Positions 1-13,300 of a stretch of 64,000 nt of DNA are shown here, in pieces. The position numbers and the translations under genes were made by a program. Below the pieces are notes generated by a model. It was not told where the DNA came from. It saw nothing but the letters and a program-made list of their open reading frames with translations, and did no database searches. Every line of letters starts with the position of its first letter. Position 1 is the first letter of the stretch. This DNA is from Tubulanus polymorphus (taxonomy: Eukaryota > Animalia > Nemertea), in contig NC_134025.1 of assembly GCF_964204645.1 (NCBI RefSeq), positions 11,842,001 to 11,906,000 of the forward strand, written 5' to 3'.

Positions 1-260
1 AGAGCCCGTATTTTAACGCGTGTTATACAAGCTTAAGAGCTTTTTAGCTGATCATCCTTTTATTTCGGACAATTACTACATCATTTACATCATTTCACTT
101 TTTTATGGTGTCTGTCTCTATTGTGTATATGATTTATCATCTTCACTCCTCGACTCGACTATCAGTTGTCTTCTAAACAGGGTTTCCGATATTATTTTGG
201 CGATTATTCCTAAATAAGCAGTTTCGTCGTTTTATTTGCACTTCATTTGCAAGTATTGGA

Positions 261-415
261 CATCCTCCCCAGGCAGGGATTTGAATCTAATGGCATCGCT
301 AAACTCAGCCACGGCACAAACCCCTGCCACATTGGACTGGGTGCACAGGTACATGCGAAAGCTTTGCCACACGAAAACTTGCGGCACCAATCAGATTGCT
401 GGTATAACTGCTGAG
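261..415 (-). mobile_element. tRNA-related SINE-like repeat, family A, copy 1
   Basis: Its reverse complement aligns by eye with 28100-28260 (GCAATCTGATTGGTGCCGCAAGTTTTCGTG...TGTGGCAGGGG..GTGCCGTGGCTGAGT...GATGCCAT...TTCRAATCCCTGCC..GGGAGGATG). Confidence 0.75.
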
Positions 416-475
416 GAAAATTTCATGGAAATAATATCAATGGGAAAAAACCTGGGCTTAAATAAAACAGGATTT

Positions 476-603
476 CTGATTGGCTAATAATGACATGATC
501 TAAACTGCGTGTTTATCTGCGCACTCGGTCTAGTGTGGCAGGGTTTCGTACCCTAGCAATCTCGATGCCATCAGGTTTCGAATCCCTGCCCAGGGATGAT
601 GGT
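476..603 (+). mobile_element. tRNA-related SINE-like repeat, family A, copy 2
   Basis: CTGCGCA..GTCTAGTGTGGCAGGG...GATGCCATCAGGTTTCGAATCCCTGCC.AGGGATGATGG matches the copies at 261-415 (-) and 28100-28260 (+). Confidence 0.7.
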
Positions 604-1774
604 ATTGAATGAATGTCTCTTTTCTGTTTGGTTTTGATGTTCATCGAAGAAATCGTATCCATTTATCAATTTTTGTTAATTCGTTTGGTGAAACCCTGTT
701 CACTATTATTAATTTCATCATCGTACTCGACACTGGTATTATTGTTCTATTTTTATTTTCGGTACATCATGTGGCGTCCGCATCATGATCAGCGTCATCA
801 TTACCATTATTATTTGTTGTGTATTTTGAAATATTCCAGGCCCTTTGAGTAATTATTGGTTAAGAAGAGGTACGTTGCTTCCGTTCAGTGTCGAAACTAT
901 TTTCAAAAAAAAAAAAACAGAAATGAAAAATTCTCCGCGTTACGAACGAACAGGACATTATTTCATTTTGGCCGGCTTCAATTTTCTTTTGGCAATGATA
1001 CTTATATATTGAACGCAATAGCATGTGTGACATGTGAACACTTCTGATGACAGATCTTTGGAAATGGCCAGGTTAAATTCTTCCTGCTGGTTAAAGTTAC
1101 ACCGATTTAACGATTTCGTTCTTAGCTAACCGACAGAGATCTCGGCTAGTGCTAGCTTGAAGATTTGTCGAATGATGGGAAAAATGTGTTTTCCTCGGCA
1201 TTTGATAATTCGACGGCTATTTACTAGTGTAAATACAGCATTCTAAGAGAATGCGGCTATTCGTTTGAAAACGTGCCATAACCCCTCACTAGTAGATCTC
1301 GTACGTTAGCGTGGAACTATGAATTTCATTTCTTTAAAAGTAAAAAAGTTAGCTATGAAGTGCTGGTGGAATTTCGGTATTGGTTTTTTTATTCTTAACC
1401 GAGAACCCAATTTCGCTTTTTAGTTCATTTTCGATGATTCTTTGCAACTGCACGAAACTCGCAGGAAGAAGCACGCCTATCATGAAAGAAATATGCTGCT
1501 TTCATCGCTCACCAATTTTATTATTCCTCGGATGATTTTGAGGGTGTTGTCGATTTTTGTTGTTGAAAACCACGACAGCGCTTACGTATCATACTGATTT
1601 CACAGTAAACGGCGTCGAAATACTTTTGATTTTTCTTTCGAATATATGAAAATTTTCGTTAGTCATAACAATCTGCTTCTAGCATATAATCATAACGTCA
1701 CCATCGCTTATTTCATATATACTGAGATATCTATATTTCTCCACAGCAGTCGAAATGATTGTTTCTTTGTGCTG

Positions 1775-1989
1775 GCGGATAGTTGTGGAAAGCTGGTTAA
1801 GATTTGACTATAGAATTAAAACATAGAGCTAATCCAACTATAGAGTTAAATTTAACCGTGAATTGTGGAACTGAGCCCTGGACCTAGTTCATAGTTCGGA
1901 GTTAAGATATGACTCGTAGTTAACTCATTGAATATGAATTAATCTTAAGTCGGAGTTAGCTTTTAAGTAACAACTGTTGAACTGGATCC
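1775..1989. mobile_element. Two tandem Harbinger-like MITEs (GGNCCAGTT...AACTGGNCC, CWG target)
   Basis: ...TTGTGGAACTGAGCC-CTG-GACCTAGTTCATAGTT...AACTGTTGAACTGGATCC with internal TTAAC repeats; related to 20565-20648. Confidence 0.55.
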
Positions 1990-4346
1990 TCGTTATTGAA
2001 TTAGGGTTTTCCATTGGATGGACAATGATTTTCGACAGGCAATTGATAATCAGCGAATTTGGCCAATCTTATATCGCTTCTTTTCAAATCGACGATATGC
2101 TCCGTGGGCCCAGTTTCAAATTAACGTTAACTGCGTTACTAAAGACACTGTCAATTCTGGGAGGGTAGTGTAAGAAAAATATATGCTGACTGCGATCAGG
2201 TCCGGATAAACTGACTTTTCACAACTATATCCAGTCCATGTTTTCAGGTGGCTTTATAGTATTGAGGCTTTATGAGGAAATATGTGTGAGATTCGTGAAA
2301 AAGGGGTATAGAATAGAACTGCCCGACCTAACTATATATCTGCCGTAACTATTTTATTATGCAGCTTTGCTTTGCTTTTATTGCTTAATACTTCTTGTTT
2401 TTCTGCTTACAAATCCTATCCTCTGGTATATTTTCCACCATGACAATAGTGGATTTAGATTAATTTTGATTTCATTTTTAGTTTCGCCCTCCAAAGTGAT
2501 TTTCCAACTGGTTACTGTATTCACTTTTCAACTATGTGTGCATTGGATATCTAGTCAAAGATTTGATAATTTCATTAATAAATGATTTTTTCCACAAGTT
2601 CTTCAGTGCCTAGTGCATGTTCAGAGTTTGATCTGGGATTTTGGTTGGTAATAGATTAATCCATTAACACCAAAATGAAGGTAGACTAATGGGAGATGGT
2701 CGACATACCGATGTACTTACGAAATAACGTATGTGTATTAGGTGTCGTTGACATTTCCCGGTGGATCTATGTAATTTCAATCGAAATAGTCCTCTTGAAT
2801 TAATCGTGATCCTTGACATCAAATGGACATTCGATTTTTTGGTTTGAGTAAATGTCCTCTAAAAACTCTACTCATTCTGACTGACCTCCTGATAGTGATC
2901 AGCAATCGTGGGTTTTTCACAGCAAACACGCACATGCTGTGTACGGGAAGCTGGAGAAAATAGCTGAGGTTAAGTCTTATTTCTCAGTAATGGCTTTACC
3001 AAAATCAAAATTAGTAACACACTTATCATTTATACACATATCACATTTAGAAAATAGGTTTTACGCAATATTCTATCTAGAGGGCAGTTGACCTTTAAAT
3101 AAGAAAGTGCTGATACATTCAAAAGCGATTTTATCCTATTCCCTATTAGCACTGCTGTCAACTGTCTCATTTCATCTGGACATTTCAAACAAGCTGTTAT
3201 TACCAAGTTAATCGTCGCGAAATATTTCTCATCTAATAGTGCTCGGATCGAAGAAAAACTCATTTTCGCGGGAAATCAATTGTAATCTTGTTTAGCATTG
3301 TGTTTTAATTTCGATGCTCTCCCTGACTATTTCTGCTTCTCACAATTGGTTTTCTTCCGTAGTAATTTAAGTAGCCTTTATCCTGGTAATAACTAGAATT
3401 CCCAGATGCAAATTGCTGCAGTTCTTATACCCTTAATCATTGTAAACAGCTACATTTACCATAAAAATTCGTAATTTAAAAATCTGTTGCACTGGACGAT
3501 AATATTTGAGTTGGTTGGTAGCTCTGGCATATGTGTGTCCAGTTTAATCTGTCATTTATTTCCACACACCTTTTGTTTCTCGATTACCGTAAAGGAAATC
3601 TTCCTCTTTTTACCCCACCTTGATCATGTTATGATACCCGTTTCAGGCACTTCTAAATCCCTTCGAGTGCATACCTGCTGCATGTACCGTAAGCAAACAA
3701 GCGTATGGTATATAAATCATGTTAAGGAATTATAAGGAAATTCGATAATAATACAATATGCTGATTATACGATACATATATATGATAAGGTTGAGAAACA
3801 GTATATATTGCATGAATCGAATGTTTCGGCAAAAACTACTGCGCACATATCGAAAGGACCCCCGCTTTCATTCATATATAATCTTGGTAAGGCGCATGTC
3901 ATCGTACTGGTAACTGAATTCTGTGGCCCTTTATGTAAGGATGGCTGCCCACATATCCTGACTGATGTTATCAAATTTACCGATTTACTCTAAGAAAATG
4001 AAAGCTAAATCGTTATTAGTTGAAAGTTGGAATTTGTAATGTCAAAGGGTGTGTGTATATATATATATATATGTATATTAGAGGTGGTCACATCTTTGTT
4101 GAAGGGTTTGTATAGGATTATGCTGTTCACCTGCACATTTAAGTGCGGCGATGCTGGCTATATGACCTTAGATATATATTTTCTTAATGAAATTGTGTGT
4201 AACTAGCCTAAGGTAAGGTAAGGATATATGAATATATATTGACGAGACATCAAGGATTCATAAACAACCTGGTGTTTTCATTTCCCCGTCGAATAAATTT
4301 TATAACGATATATGTGAAATACACGGCTGCGTTTTTCTTTTTACAG

Positions 4347-7300
4347 CGAGTGCCGGCAATTTTAACATGCATCGCACAGGTAGCAGCAGTAAAATGTCAA
4401 AGAGTTCGAGCAACAATCTCATGGGTCTCGACTTGCATACGAATTCATCGGTTAAAGACAACATGACTCATAACGATAGCGGATCAGAGCTGCATGAAAC
4501 ACCGTCGTCGCATAAGGTTTGTGTCGAGTAGAATTGAAAAATGTTGAAGCTTGAACTTGAATATCTTGTTCTCAAAAGCTACCATCTTGGTTTCCTGCCA
4601 ATAGATTCTACCAACATGGTCAACCCCTTTTCCCAAATATCTTAATCTCACTTATATTGAATTATCGCCTCAAATACTATCTAAGGGCACTTCATCCCTT
4701 GCGCACACGAATCCGAACTACTCCTACTCCATTCCAATCTCTAAACCTATTATTAGCTTAACTCGCTTCCTTGCAAGCCATTAGTTTTTCCTACCCTTAC
4801 AAGTTGTACCCTTCTAAACATACCTTAACCCTTATGTAAACCTATGTATGCATGGTGTCTACAGAAGTGTTAACTTAAGCCCAGTCAAGTTAGCGAATTA
4901 GGAGCGTTTTACGGAACACAGATCTTGGTGCAGAAAATGAATTGTCGCATCTATAAGAACAGTAATATTGTATCTTCTATATCTACAGATGAATGTGGCG
5001 TTCATGAAGAAGATTCCTCCGGGCGCCGAAGCTTCGAATATTCTTGTCGGCGAGGTCGAATTCTTAAAGCATCCGATCATTGCATTTGTCCGTCTAAACA
5101 AGGCGTCGTTGATGGGCGACCTGACGGAGGTACCCGTGCCGACTCGTTTTCTCTTCATTTTACTCGGACCGAAGAATAACGAGCAGTCTTCAAACTACCA
5201 CGAGATCGGACGATCGATCGCCACGTTGATGTCCGACGAGATCTTCCACGACGTCGCGTATAAAGCGCGCAAGCGTAACGACCTGTTGGCCGGCGTCGAC
5301 GAGTTTCTCAGCAATTGTACGGTGTTGCCGCCCGGTGAATGGGACCCGACGATACGAATTGAACCACCGAAATCTGTACCATCACAGGTATGCTTAAAGT
5401 ATCAGACATAATTTGGTAATTGTAAAAAATTCCACCTTTTTATAATTCCAGTACTTTGTATAACATGCATATGCTATAGTGTAGTGTGTCTACACCACAG
5501 TGCAGTGTATCATTTCTAAATAATTATCAACCGTGTTTGATAGGTGCTGCCATCTTTCAATAGAGAGAACAAATTACTTATTACATCGATACACTGCAGT
5601 ACGGTGTACTAGCTATGTCTGGTTAATTGGAAATAACTGGAATAACTGGAAATAAATAAATTATATCTCAATTATATTTAATGAGAACTAAAGATCCGGA
5701 TGCGGTTGTTATCAGACAAATCAGTTTAAACAAAACATTGGAAATACTAACAAATTGATGCATTATTGGTCAAATTGAAAAGTACACACTTCAAGCTAAA
5801 TGGACCAATGTCGTTTTCCAATCTGTCTTTCGCATTCATTTGGGATTTTGGTCTTATCTGATTTTTCTTGAAAACTACTTTATTCATCTTCATTTGGCAC
5901 TCTCTTAACCACTGTATTATTCTTTTTTTCAAACCTACTCAAACTAGAGTTTCGTTCAAATGACTCTTATGAGATATTGAAATTGCAATTGATTTATCTC
6001 ATTAGGAATCACGTAAAACACCAACTGGCAGCCATCCGAATCCTAGTCAAACACCGAATGGTAATGCTCAACCTACGATGGAGCATGAAGATCATGGAGA
6101 TGCCACCCTTATAAGGACGGGCAGGTTAGAATAGTTTTATTACTACGTTAAGTGGAGTAACTTTACTCATTTGGGGGCAAAAGCTGTTATGTAGATGGTT
6201 TTTCCTGTGTGTGCACCTGGGCAGTGTTAATATAGATGCAACTAGACTGTTTACCAAGCCTGATTGAGTGAAAACCATTTACTTCAGTTGGAATGAAAAT
6301 GGACATTCCAAAGAAATCTTATAACCCATATTCGAATGATTAAGCTCCAATGACATGTCCAGCCATTTTTTGCTTGTTACAGGTTTTTTGGTGGTCTCAT
6401 CGACGATGTCAAGCGGAAGGCTCCATTTTACGCAAGCGACTTCAAAGATGCGTTACATATCCAGAGCATTGCCTCATTTATCTTCCTCTATTTTGCCTGT
6501 CTCACACCTATTATTACGTTTGGAGGTCTTCTTGGTGATGCTACGGGCAATAATATGGTACATGTCATTATTGTTCATGCTTTTGATTTTGTTACGAATC
6601 AGAAGATATTTCATCTGTAATTGGTTCATCTCAATTTTCAGGCTGCATTGGAGAGCATATTAGCTGGAGCTATATGTGGAGTTGTGTACGCGTTGTTTGC
6701 CGGGCAGCCGTTGACTATACTCGGCAGTACAGGACCTGTACTCGTTTTCGAAACAATAACGTACAAGTTTTGCTCGTGAGTATCGATTTGAAAGAAACCC
6801 GCATTTAAACTATCGATGCTACTGCTGGGACCATTTCTAAATCACTGCTATTACATTGATGGATGTATTTTCAAAAAGTTTTATCATTCTATGATTCGAT
6901 CATATAAAACTTACTGGGTACTAAAAATCAATCTTCATCAACTGCAGCGGCTCTATTTCGTTTACAAATACTTATCATAAACATGTCAAATTGGACTCCT
7001 TGGTTTTTCGGATTCACTCTTATAAGCCTCTAATTTTCATCGTTTTAGCACTTATGGACTGGATTATTTGGGCTTGCGATGGTGGATCGGTCTGTGGACG
7101 GCCCTTATATTGATAATTATGGTCGCGTTCGACCTAAGCGCGCTGGTGCGATATATCACGCGTTTCACCGAAGAGAGTTTCGCCGTGCTCATATCGCTCA
7201 TATTCATCTTTAAAGCATTCGAGAAGCTGGCGAAAGTGCTCGAGAAGAATCCGATCAATTTACACCCGGACGCCGTCTTGGATTACGAGTGTTATTGCAT

Positions 7301-10300
7301 GCCGAAGGAGAACGCAACGAATGCGTCGTCAACGATAGCTCCGGCGGCGGCGACGACAACGCAGATACCGGATGCAATGACGACGGCGATCAGCTACGTC
7401 GGAGGCGTATTAATGAACGACTCGTACCAGCGTAAAGACTGTCTAAAGCACAAAGATATTCTGGTCGGCTCCGGATGCAGTACGCCCTACTACCATGATA
7501 ATGTCTTCTTTCTGTCTGTGATCTTGTTCTTCGGAACATTTTGTATAGCCATGGGGCTAAAAGCGTTCCGCACTGGCCGATTCTTACCCAATATGGTATG
7601 GCAATTGTCTCGATTCCCATTATTTAGTTGTAATGTAGAAATTGTCGGTGTATTAGCTATTAAGAATAATGCTATTTTAATGTAGGCTCGTCAAGTGATA
7701 AGTGATTTTTCGGTGTTGATCGCGATTCTTGCGATGGCTGGTTTAGATGCTATTGTGGGCGTGGCAACTCCGAAACTCGACGTGCCAAATGAATTCCGGG
7801 TATGTCTCTCGAATGTCCTCGAAAGCATTTCGATAAATTTGTTCCCCGCAAAGTTGATATGTATAGTTACTTGATTTTAATTTCATTAAATATCAGCCAA
7901 CACTAAGCACACGTGAATGGGTCATCCATCCTTTTGGTCATGGAAAAAATCCATGGTGGACGTCTTTGGCAGCCATTCTTCCGGCTCTGCTTGCTACTAT
8001 ACTTATTTTCATGGATCAGCAAATTACTGCTGTTATAGTGAACAGAAAAGAGAACAAACTGAAGGTTTGTATACTACTGTTCAGAACTGATCTACATGTT
8101 TACTAATGAATTCAAAAATAGCTGTCAGTGTTTCTTATTCTAATCGCAGAAAGGTAGTGGCTATCACTTAGACTTGTTTCTGGTAGCTCTTCTGATCGCG
8201 GTTTGCTCAGTGTTGGGGCTGCCTTGGTTCGTCGCGGCGACTGTGCTGTCTATAAATCATGTAATGAGCTTGAAGAAAGAATCGAAGACCAGCGCTCCTG
8301 GTGAGCGGCCACAGTTTCTCGGCGTCAGGTAAGTCCATGATTATGGTCAGTTGAAACTGGTGATGGCGGTAACGCGATTGTCGGAAACAAATGGTCGAAA
8401 GTCAACAGGCAAATTTATATGACATTTTTCTTCATTTTCAGGGAGCAGCGCGTTACAGGAATTTGTATATTCCTCGCGATAGGTCTATCTGTGCTCATAA
8501 CGTTTGTTCTTCGGGTAAGCACTACCTACGAATCGGCGGTTTTTTTTCATACAACTGTCGACAGTGAAGACGGCATAATTATCTCACTTTATTTCTTTCT
8601 TTCTCTACAGTTTATACCAATGCCTGTGTTATATGGGGTTTTCCTTTATATGGGTGTATCTTCGTTGAAAGGAATTGAGGTAGGGAATTCTTTGAATATT
8701 TTTATATTAGATCTGAAATTACTAACTTAAACGCAGTTTTCTGTCAATATCTACATCACTGACTACGTCATCTCGTAATTCAGTGCGTGCCGGTGGCTCA
8801 TTTGATGGCTAAATTCTATACGATCTCATGTTTCTGGTTGTCTTTTTGCAGTTCGTCAATCGGTTGATGATATTGTTCATGCCTCCTAAATACCAGCCAG
8901 ACTACATGTATCTGCGACACGTACCGACGAAGCGTGTACACATGTTCACGCTGATACAAATCATTTGTTTAGTCATTCTGTGGGTGATTAAAACTATTCA
9001 GATGATCTCGATCGCATTTCCGATCATGGTAGGTTTCAGTTGTGCACTTTATATCGTAGATTCAGTATCAAACCAATCGAACAATGTAGATTCTTGTTCG
9101 CATACCCCCAAACCGAGCAGCTCTTAATTTTGCTGAATTTTCTGTCCTGAAGTAACTGAAAAATGTAAACAGCATTTTGCCTTGGTTCATTATTGTGATC
9201 CAAATCAAATGTTTAGTGCAGTTTGGTGTGGCCTTGACGGCGCACTTAAGAGCGAAATAGTGATGTATACTGCGGTAATGCCATACTTTCTTGTCCTTAG
9301 GATTAGTGTTATTCGAAGTAATGCGTTTTAAAACAAGTATGTTTTATTAGCACGGATATGATATCACTCATAGTGCCATAGTTAGCTTCATCACTATGCT
9401 CTGACTAGGTCAGACTGTATACTCTGACTGGTCGAGAATTCTCGAAGAAATGCGTCGATTTCCGGGGGAAATTCTTATCCATATTTGTGGTTGGTTTTCA
9501 GGTGCTCGCAATATGCTTTATACGTAAAGCACTGGATTGGGTTTTCACTCAGCGTGAACTCTCCTGGCTCGATGACATCATGCCAGAGATCAGCAAACGT
9601 GAAAAGGAGGACGCGGAGAAGAAGAAACACGAGGAAGTGGTAAGTATTTCATTACAGGTACCGCTCTTGAGCGGCTCCGCATAAAAATATCATCGTTAAA
9701 TATTTAGTTATTGGTGTCGCTCTCAAGCGGCTCTGGTTCACTTACGAAAATGTTGTCTGCTATGAATTATTAACGATAAGAAACGATTATCTGTCTAATT
9801 TCGAGAAAAACGAATTGTCTAAATGTGAAATATTTTCGTTTCGCTTGTGAAATTCACAGATCAAATCATTCAATATGCCGCAGCAAGTATGATCACTTTA
9901 TCCGTATTTGTTATGTCTTTCTTCTTCATACGTGTACTTAGTTTCTAAATGCTACCTCTCTCCAGTAGAATATGAGTTGTAAAGCTTCAATTAATGCCAT
10001 CAAAAACTGTATTGAGTTTTGTACAACATATACGCAGTATTATTGTATTGAGTTTAGAAATTTAGCATCGTCTACCTGTTCAAACAGATATTCAGATAAG
10101 ATATGGCCGGTACAATACCTTTCCCGTCTAAGCTATAAAAAAAAGTTTATCTTCATAAGATATTCAGACTTCATACTGTTCGACAAATTCTGGTCAACCA
10201 GATATAACTGTGTCTAAAATGTTGAAGTTAATCTTGTTTTATTTAGCAAGGAGTGCCTACTATTTCATATGAAGTGGACCAAGACGTCAGTTTGAATGTA

Positions 10301-13300
10301 AAATAATGCTCTTGTTGATGTATCCTGTAGCACCGCTGGTTTTAACCCCAGGGATGAGAAATTTGGCGGTTTCTTGCTTTTTAAACATGAAGAATATAAT
10401 ACTCGCCTTTAAATTAATTGAAAACCTCGTACCCTCGGGCGTAGCGAAGGTCCATTCTGTGGACCGGTTTTAACTTTAACCACAGGTCGCTCACTCGATT
10501 AAACCCGGGGCTTAGTCAAATCTGGTCAGTATAACCAACCATTGGGGTGCATTTATTATTAGTATACTTACAATTTCTATCTTTACCTTAAAAGGATCAA
10601 CTCACTTGGCTGTTAATCGAGTTGAACTGTGGATTAAGGCTTAAACTGGTCCATAAAAGCCAAGTAGGTGCTTAGTATTAATAACATACTGATGTACACC
10701 ACACTCAGTGCACATCAATAGAAGATATTTATAAACCCTAACCCTACCTGCAGCTAGGTATCGTACAACTGACCAGTACGGGGAGGAAAGTCAATACTTC
10801 TACATCACATCGTGGTTCACTTGCATCAGTGATGATGATGGTGCTATCAAATGCCCAACTACTATACCGGTACGATCTCGAATTTCCCTGAGCTGCTGTT
10901 CTCATCCCTGAACTCGTTGAATGTTCATACGATTTGAACGCAAAGCAAAAAAATAGCGTTAAATGTATCTTGAAGCAAATATTTTTTGGGGAAAATCCCC
11001 AAAACAGCAATCACAATTCAATACTGATAGAATAGAACAAGCATTGAATTTAGCAAATATGTGTGCCGCAGAACCTTGCACTGTGATAAACCTTTTCGCT
11101 TCCGATACTTGTTTTGGGCAGATTTTAACGATCGACTTTTTAGTGCAGAGAAAAACCTGTCGGATGAGATAACAGTGAAGGTTCTGCGGTGGCAAATATT
11201 AATTTTCTGCCAATGTTCTCGTCAAACGTCGAGGAAACGAATGTTGATGACAGCTTCTTCGATATCGGATTATGAAATGGTTTTGAATATGCATGCATTT
11301 GGTCTGTTAGTATCAATGTTGACATGTGTATGAATGTGTGTTCGATGTATCCTCGTTGGATTTCGACCGTTTGTCATCCTTGTATCGCATAAACACAACT
11401 GCGTACATGTGTACTGTGTGTGCTTGTCGTACGAATCAAAATTTACCCAATAAAAGGGATTGAAACCTTAAAGCATGAAGTAGGACCATTGATTCACGAG
11501 TTTGGCTTCTTTATTGAGCATCATCAGCAATAGGTAACATGCTACTTGAATATGTGCTCCCTAGTTCTAATGTAACTATATCGTAGGTTTACGCTTCGAG
11601 TGTTGCCATTATCCATAAAACTGGATTGCCTTTGAACTTTTGCAGTTTAACCCTCTTCCGCCTAAATAACCTTTTTCAGCCTATTTGAGGCCCCAGCAGG
11701 CTATTGTGTTCACTTGCATCTGTCTGAATCGAGATATTTTCTGAAGTTTTTAAATGCTTTGACATTATTTTGATATTTGGTTCGTAAGTGTCTCTAGTCA
11801 AGACATATCAGCAGCACAAAAATTGGCCTGAACAGAATCAAGCCAGCGCCTCCTAGTTATTGTTTGCCAAGATCAGCGCTTTTTTAGTTTTCAAGGGAAA
11901 ATTTGAATACACTCTGATCAATTATCGTGATGTTTTATACTTACCGGTATATGTATCGTATCGGGGCCCATCGTCACAAGAAGAATTAGGCCGATTTGAT
12001 AAAAGATGGCCTTTCTGTGACCTTGTGTGCCAAAAAATGGCATTCTTTGTAAGAATTCTGAGGCCTGTAGCTTTATGGTTCGTCATATTTTATCGAAACC
12101 GGAAATGGCTATACTTGGGTAAGGGGTCATTGACTTATAGTAGATCATGATATTTGATGAATGTGTTAAGTTTCTGGTTTCTATTACTTCACCAGAGGGA
12201 GTTGAATGTTGAAATAATCAGATTGGCAACATTTCACCAAGGGAGCATGGTGTCCTTGGACCCCTAGTTAATCTGCATGACATTTGATATCTAAAATCTT
12301 ATTGAATATAGAATGATGAATTTTAACCGTCATTTTACGCTCAATTCTCTTACAGCTTCACCTGGTAATTTTTCAAAATCTTATCCCGTTTTTACATTTT
12401 TTTTCATTTTGACAGAAGAAGCGGAAGAACTATCTGGGCAATTCATTTCATGCTAGCGATTATATGATCCCCGGACAAACGCCTAAAAATTCCAAAGTAC
12501 TAAAAACCGAATCTTTTCTACTCAGAAAAAAATACTCCCGGTGTCGGTTGCTCAAAATAGTAGTTGAACGATCACTGGAAACTACCTTTTGAGAAACTGG
12601 ACCCTGCTTTATTGTGCACCAAGCTTGTCTGTGTTAGTGTGTAGTGTTGTTACCTAGCTATATCGATTACATTACAAGATTAGAAAGAGTGACGTGTGTA
12701 GGAATTTTTCCTCTCGCTTACGAATTCATGAATTAAATTTATAAAGCATTTTCAACCCTTTGCTATCTGCCGGGTGCCGATATTATCGTAGCCTATAGAT
12801 GTCTCTTCTTATCGAGGCCACTTTTTGCTTGACTCGCTCGAGACCTCACGATAACGATGACCCGCCTGCTACTTACTGATGCAGAAGCAGTGCTATGATC
12901 CGTGTCGCGGAGATTTCTAGGTTCTAGCAGTTAACGAAGGGTTAATGAATTTCATGCGTTTTAAATTTTGTTTACTGACTGTCGATTAAAGCTGATTGAA
13001 AAAATTCTGAACGGTTTGCATTTTAGGTTAAAATTGTCGCACACTTGACAACGTGGTTCAACAGAAATATGTCTATATCAGTAATACTTGAAATGAGAAA
13101 ATCATCTTCGGCTCGTCGTTTAGATATCTAATTTATCAATTCTTTTACTAGAATTTGAATATTTTGATAATTCCCTGTAATTGCCCTTGTGCTCTCGATA
13201 TAATGCCTGCTACGTTTGTCGAAGCGACAAGTTTTTCTAGAGGCCGATCAAAATCTGAACTTAAATACACAATTGATCCCTATAGCTGAAAACACTTGTC

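Noticed and set aside
11486-11535. Minus-strand CTGATGA...CAAAC hairpin
   Set aside because: The core G is missing and stems II/III are imperfect; at best a dead relic.
12416-12496. Possible extra SLC4 exon ([11 protein letters not shown]...) after a strong acceptor
   Set aside because: The donor is weak (AAA|GTACTA) and there is no recognisable homology; it cannot be supported.
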